Part shown: piece by piece, positions 63,074-64,000 of the stretch
How the letters are laid out: each line of letters begins with the position of its first letter
How positions within the stretch are numbered: position 1 is the first letter of the stretch
Origin: Alphaproteobacteria bacterium
GTDB taxonomy: Bacteria > Pseudomonadota > Alphaproteobacteria > Bin95
Direction of reading: 5' to 3'
Length of the DNA stretch: 64,000 nucleotides
Assembly: GCA_963665325.3 (NCBI GenBank)
Contig: CAXXWS020000002.1
Location: 1,056,001 to 1,120,000, forward strand
The notes under the pieces: generated by a model
What the model saw: only the letters and a program-made list of their open reading frames with translations
Told to the model about the DNA's origin: nothing
Database searches by the model: none
Program-made: the position numbers and the translations under genes

Positions 63074-63921
63074 TGCATCAACTCCTTCATGTAGGTCGGC
63101 AGCGCGAAGGCGCCGATATGGATGTCCGGATTGTAATAGCGCGTATCCAGGCCGGCCGCAGCGTAACGCTCCTCGATAATGCTGAGCGGCCTGCGGCGAT
63201 GGTCCGGCTCGTCGCTGGCCCAGCCGAGCGCCATGAAGCCCCAGATATAGGTCGGTACCGCGACCGCATAGGCGGCGGGATCGGCGAACAGCGCCCTGAA
63301 ATGGCGCCATGATGAGGTGAGTTCCTCGCCCTGCACGAAGGCAACGCCGTTCTGCGTCACCAATATCCCGCCCGGCTTCAGGCAGCGCTTGCAGCCCGCG
63401 TAGAAGTCCCGCTGGAACAGGACCTCGCCGGGTCCGATGGGGTCGGTCGAATCGATCAGGACGACATCGTAGCGCGCCACGGTCTCGGCCACGAAACGCG
63501 CGCCGTCGGCAATGACGAGGTCCGTGCGCGGATCGTCGAACGCGCCCTTGCAGATCGAGGGCAGATATTCCCGGGCAAGATCCACAACCCCCGGGTCGAT
63601 CTCCACCATGGTGGCGCGCTCGACCGGGTGCTTCAGCACTTCTTCGAGGAGCCCGCCGTCGCCGCCGCCGACGATCAGCACGTCGCGCACCGCGCCATGC
63701 GCCAGGATCGGCACATGCGCCATCATCTCGTGATAGATGAACTCATCGCCCTCGGTGACCTGCACCACATCGTCGAGCGTCATCACCCGCCCGAAGGTGG
63801 GATTTTCGAAGATGACGATTTTCTGCAGGTCCGTATCGGAACTGTAGAGGATTTGCGTGATTTCGAGCTTCTGCGTTGCGTGGGCGTGGATGGCTTCCTC
63901 GAACCAGCCCCCCGCAGTCAC
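63070..63921 (-). CDS. speE: Polyamine aminopropyltransferase (spermidine synthase)
   Basis: DEFIYHEM, GGGDGG, VEID, DSTDPIGP. Confidence 0.95.
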   Translation of the reverse strand: MTAGGWFEEAIHAHATQKLEITQILYSSDTDLQKIVIFENPTFGRVMTLDDVVQVTEGDEFIYHEMMAHVPILAHGAVRDVLIVGGGDGGLLEEVLKHPVERATMVEIDPGVVDLAREYLPSICKGAFDDPRTDLVIADGARFVAETVARYDVVLIDSTDPIGPGEVLFQRDFYAGCKRCLKPGGILVTQNGVAFVQGEELTSSWRHFRALFADPAAYAVAVPTYIWGFMALGWASDEPDHRRRPLSIIEERYAAAGLDTRYYNPDIHIGAFALPTYMKELMQ

Positions 63922-64000
63922 GGAATCATGCCCCGCTTGTGTTCCGTCAGGGTTATCTGTTCGGGTTCGAAGGCCCGTTTCAGCACTTCGATGCCCGCAT
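63918..64000 (-). CDS. speD: 3' end of a probable S-adenosylmethionine decarboxylase
   Basis: ...GIEVLKRAFEPEQITLTEHKRGMIP*, overlapping the speE start; typical SpeD C-terminus and position. Only ~26 codons are visible. Confidence 0.6.
   Translation of the reverse strand, partial: AGIEVLKRAFEPEQITLTEHKRGMIP

Noticed and set aside
63070-64000. speD-speE fusion
   Set aside because: The upstream frame ends EHKRGMIP-TGA at 63918-63920, overlapping the speE GTG, so these are two genes.

Overview
High-GC alphaproteobacterial chromosome segment (Rhodospirillales-like gene order; a host-associated or marine lifestyle is plausible but unproven). Positions 1 to ~9400 are the right end of an integrative mobile element. 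It carries leading-region-type small genes (DUF4326, ssb, HU), a 420-aa protein built from seven Arg-rich C4 zinc-finger-like repeats, a hicB-hicA pair plus a decayed second hicA, and three co-oriented P4-like tyrosine integrases (two intact and adjacent, one cut just after its catalytic Lys). The element abuts a decayed catalase 5' fragment that still has an OxyR-type box and a possible oxyR remnant, which suggests nested insertions. Positions ~10100-64000 are mostly core genes: moaE-moaD-mobB-pgsA, ftsB-pdhABC-lpdA-lipA-ratA, msrA, bpt, gabD-rpiA-gor, pnp-rpsO-truB-rbfA-infB-nusA-rimP, trmB-metK-lnt-corC-ybeY-phoH-miaB-olsAB-mucR, rimI-tsaB-nifU, usp-tauE and speE-speD. Accessory items within this core are a 264-bp MITE that duplicated a shared double stop codon, a phosphatase/ADP-ribosylglycohydrolase fusion, two luciferase-like oxidoreductases, two TauD-family dioxygenases and an aprM-aprB-aprA-sat sulfite-oxidation cassette whose Sat carries a 32-aa insertion in its Zn loop. 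No tRNA, rRNA or CRISPR array was recognised. All calls come from reading motifs by eye; no database searches were run.
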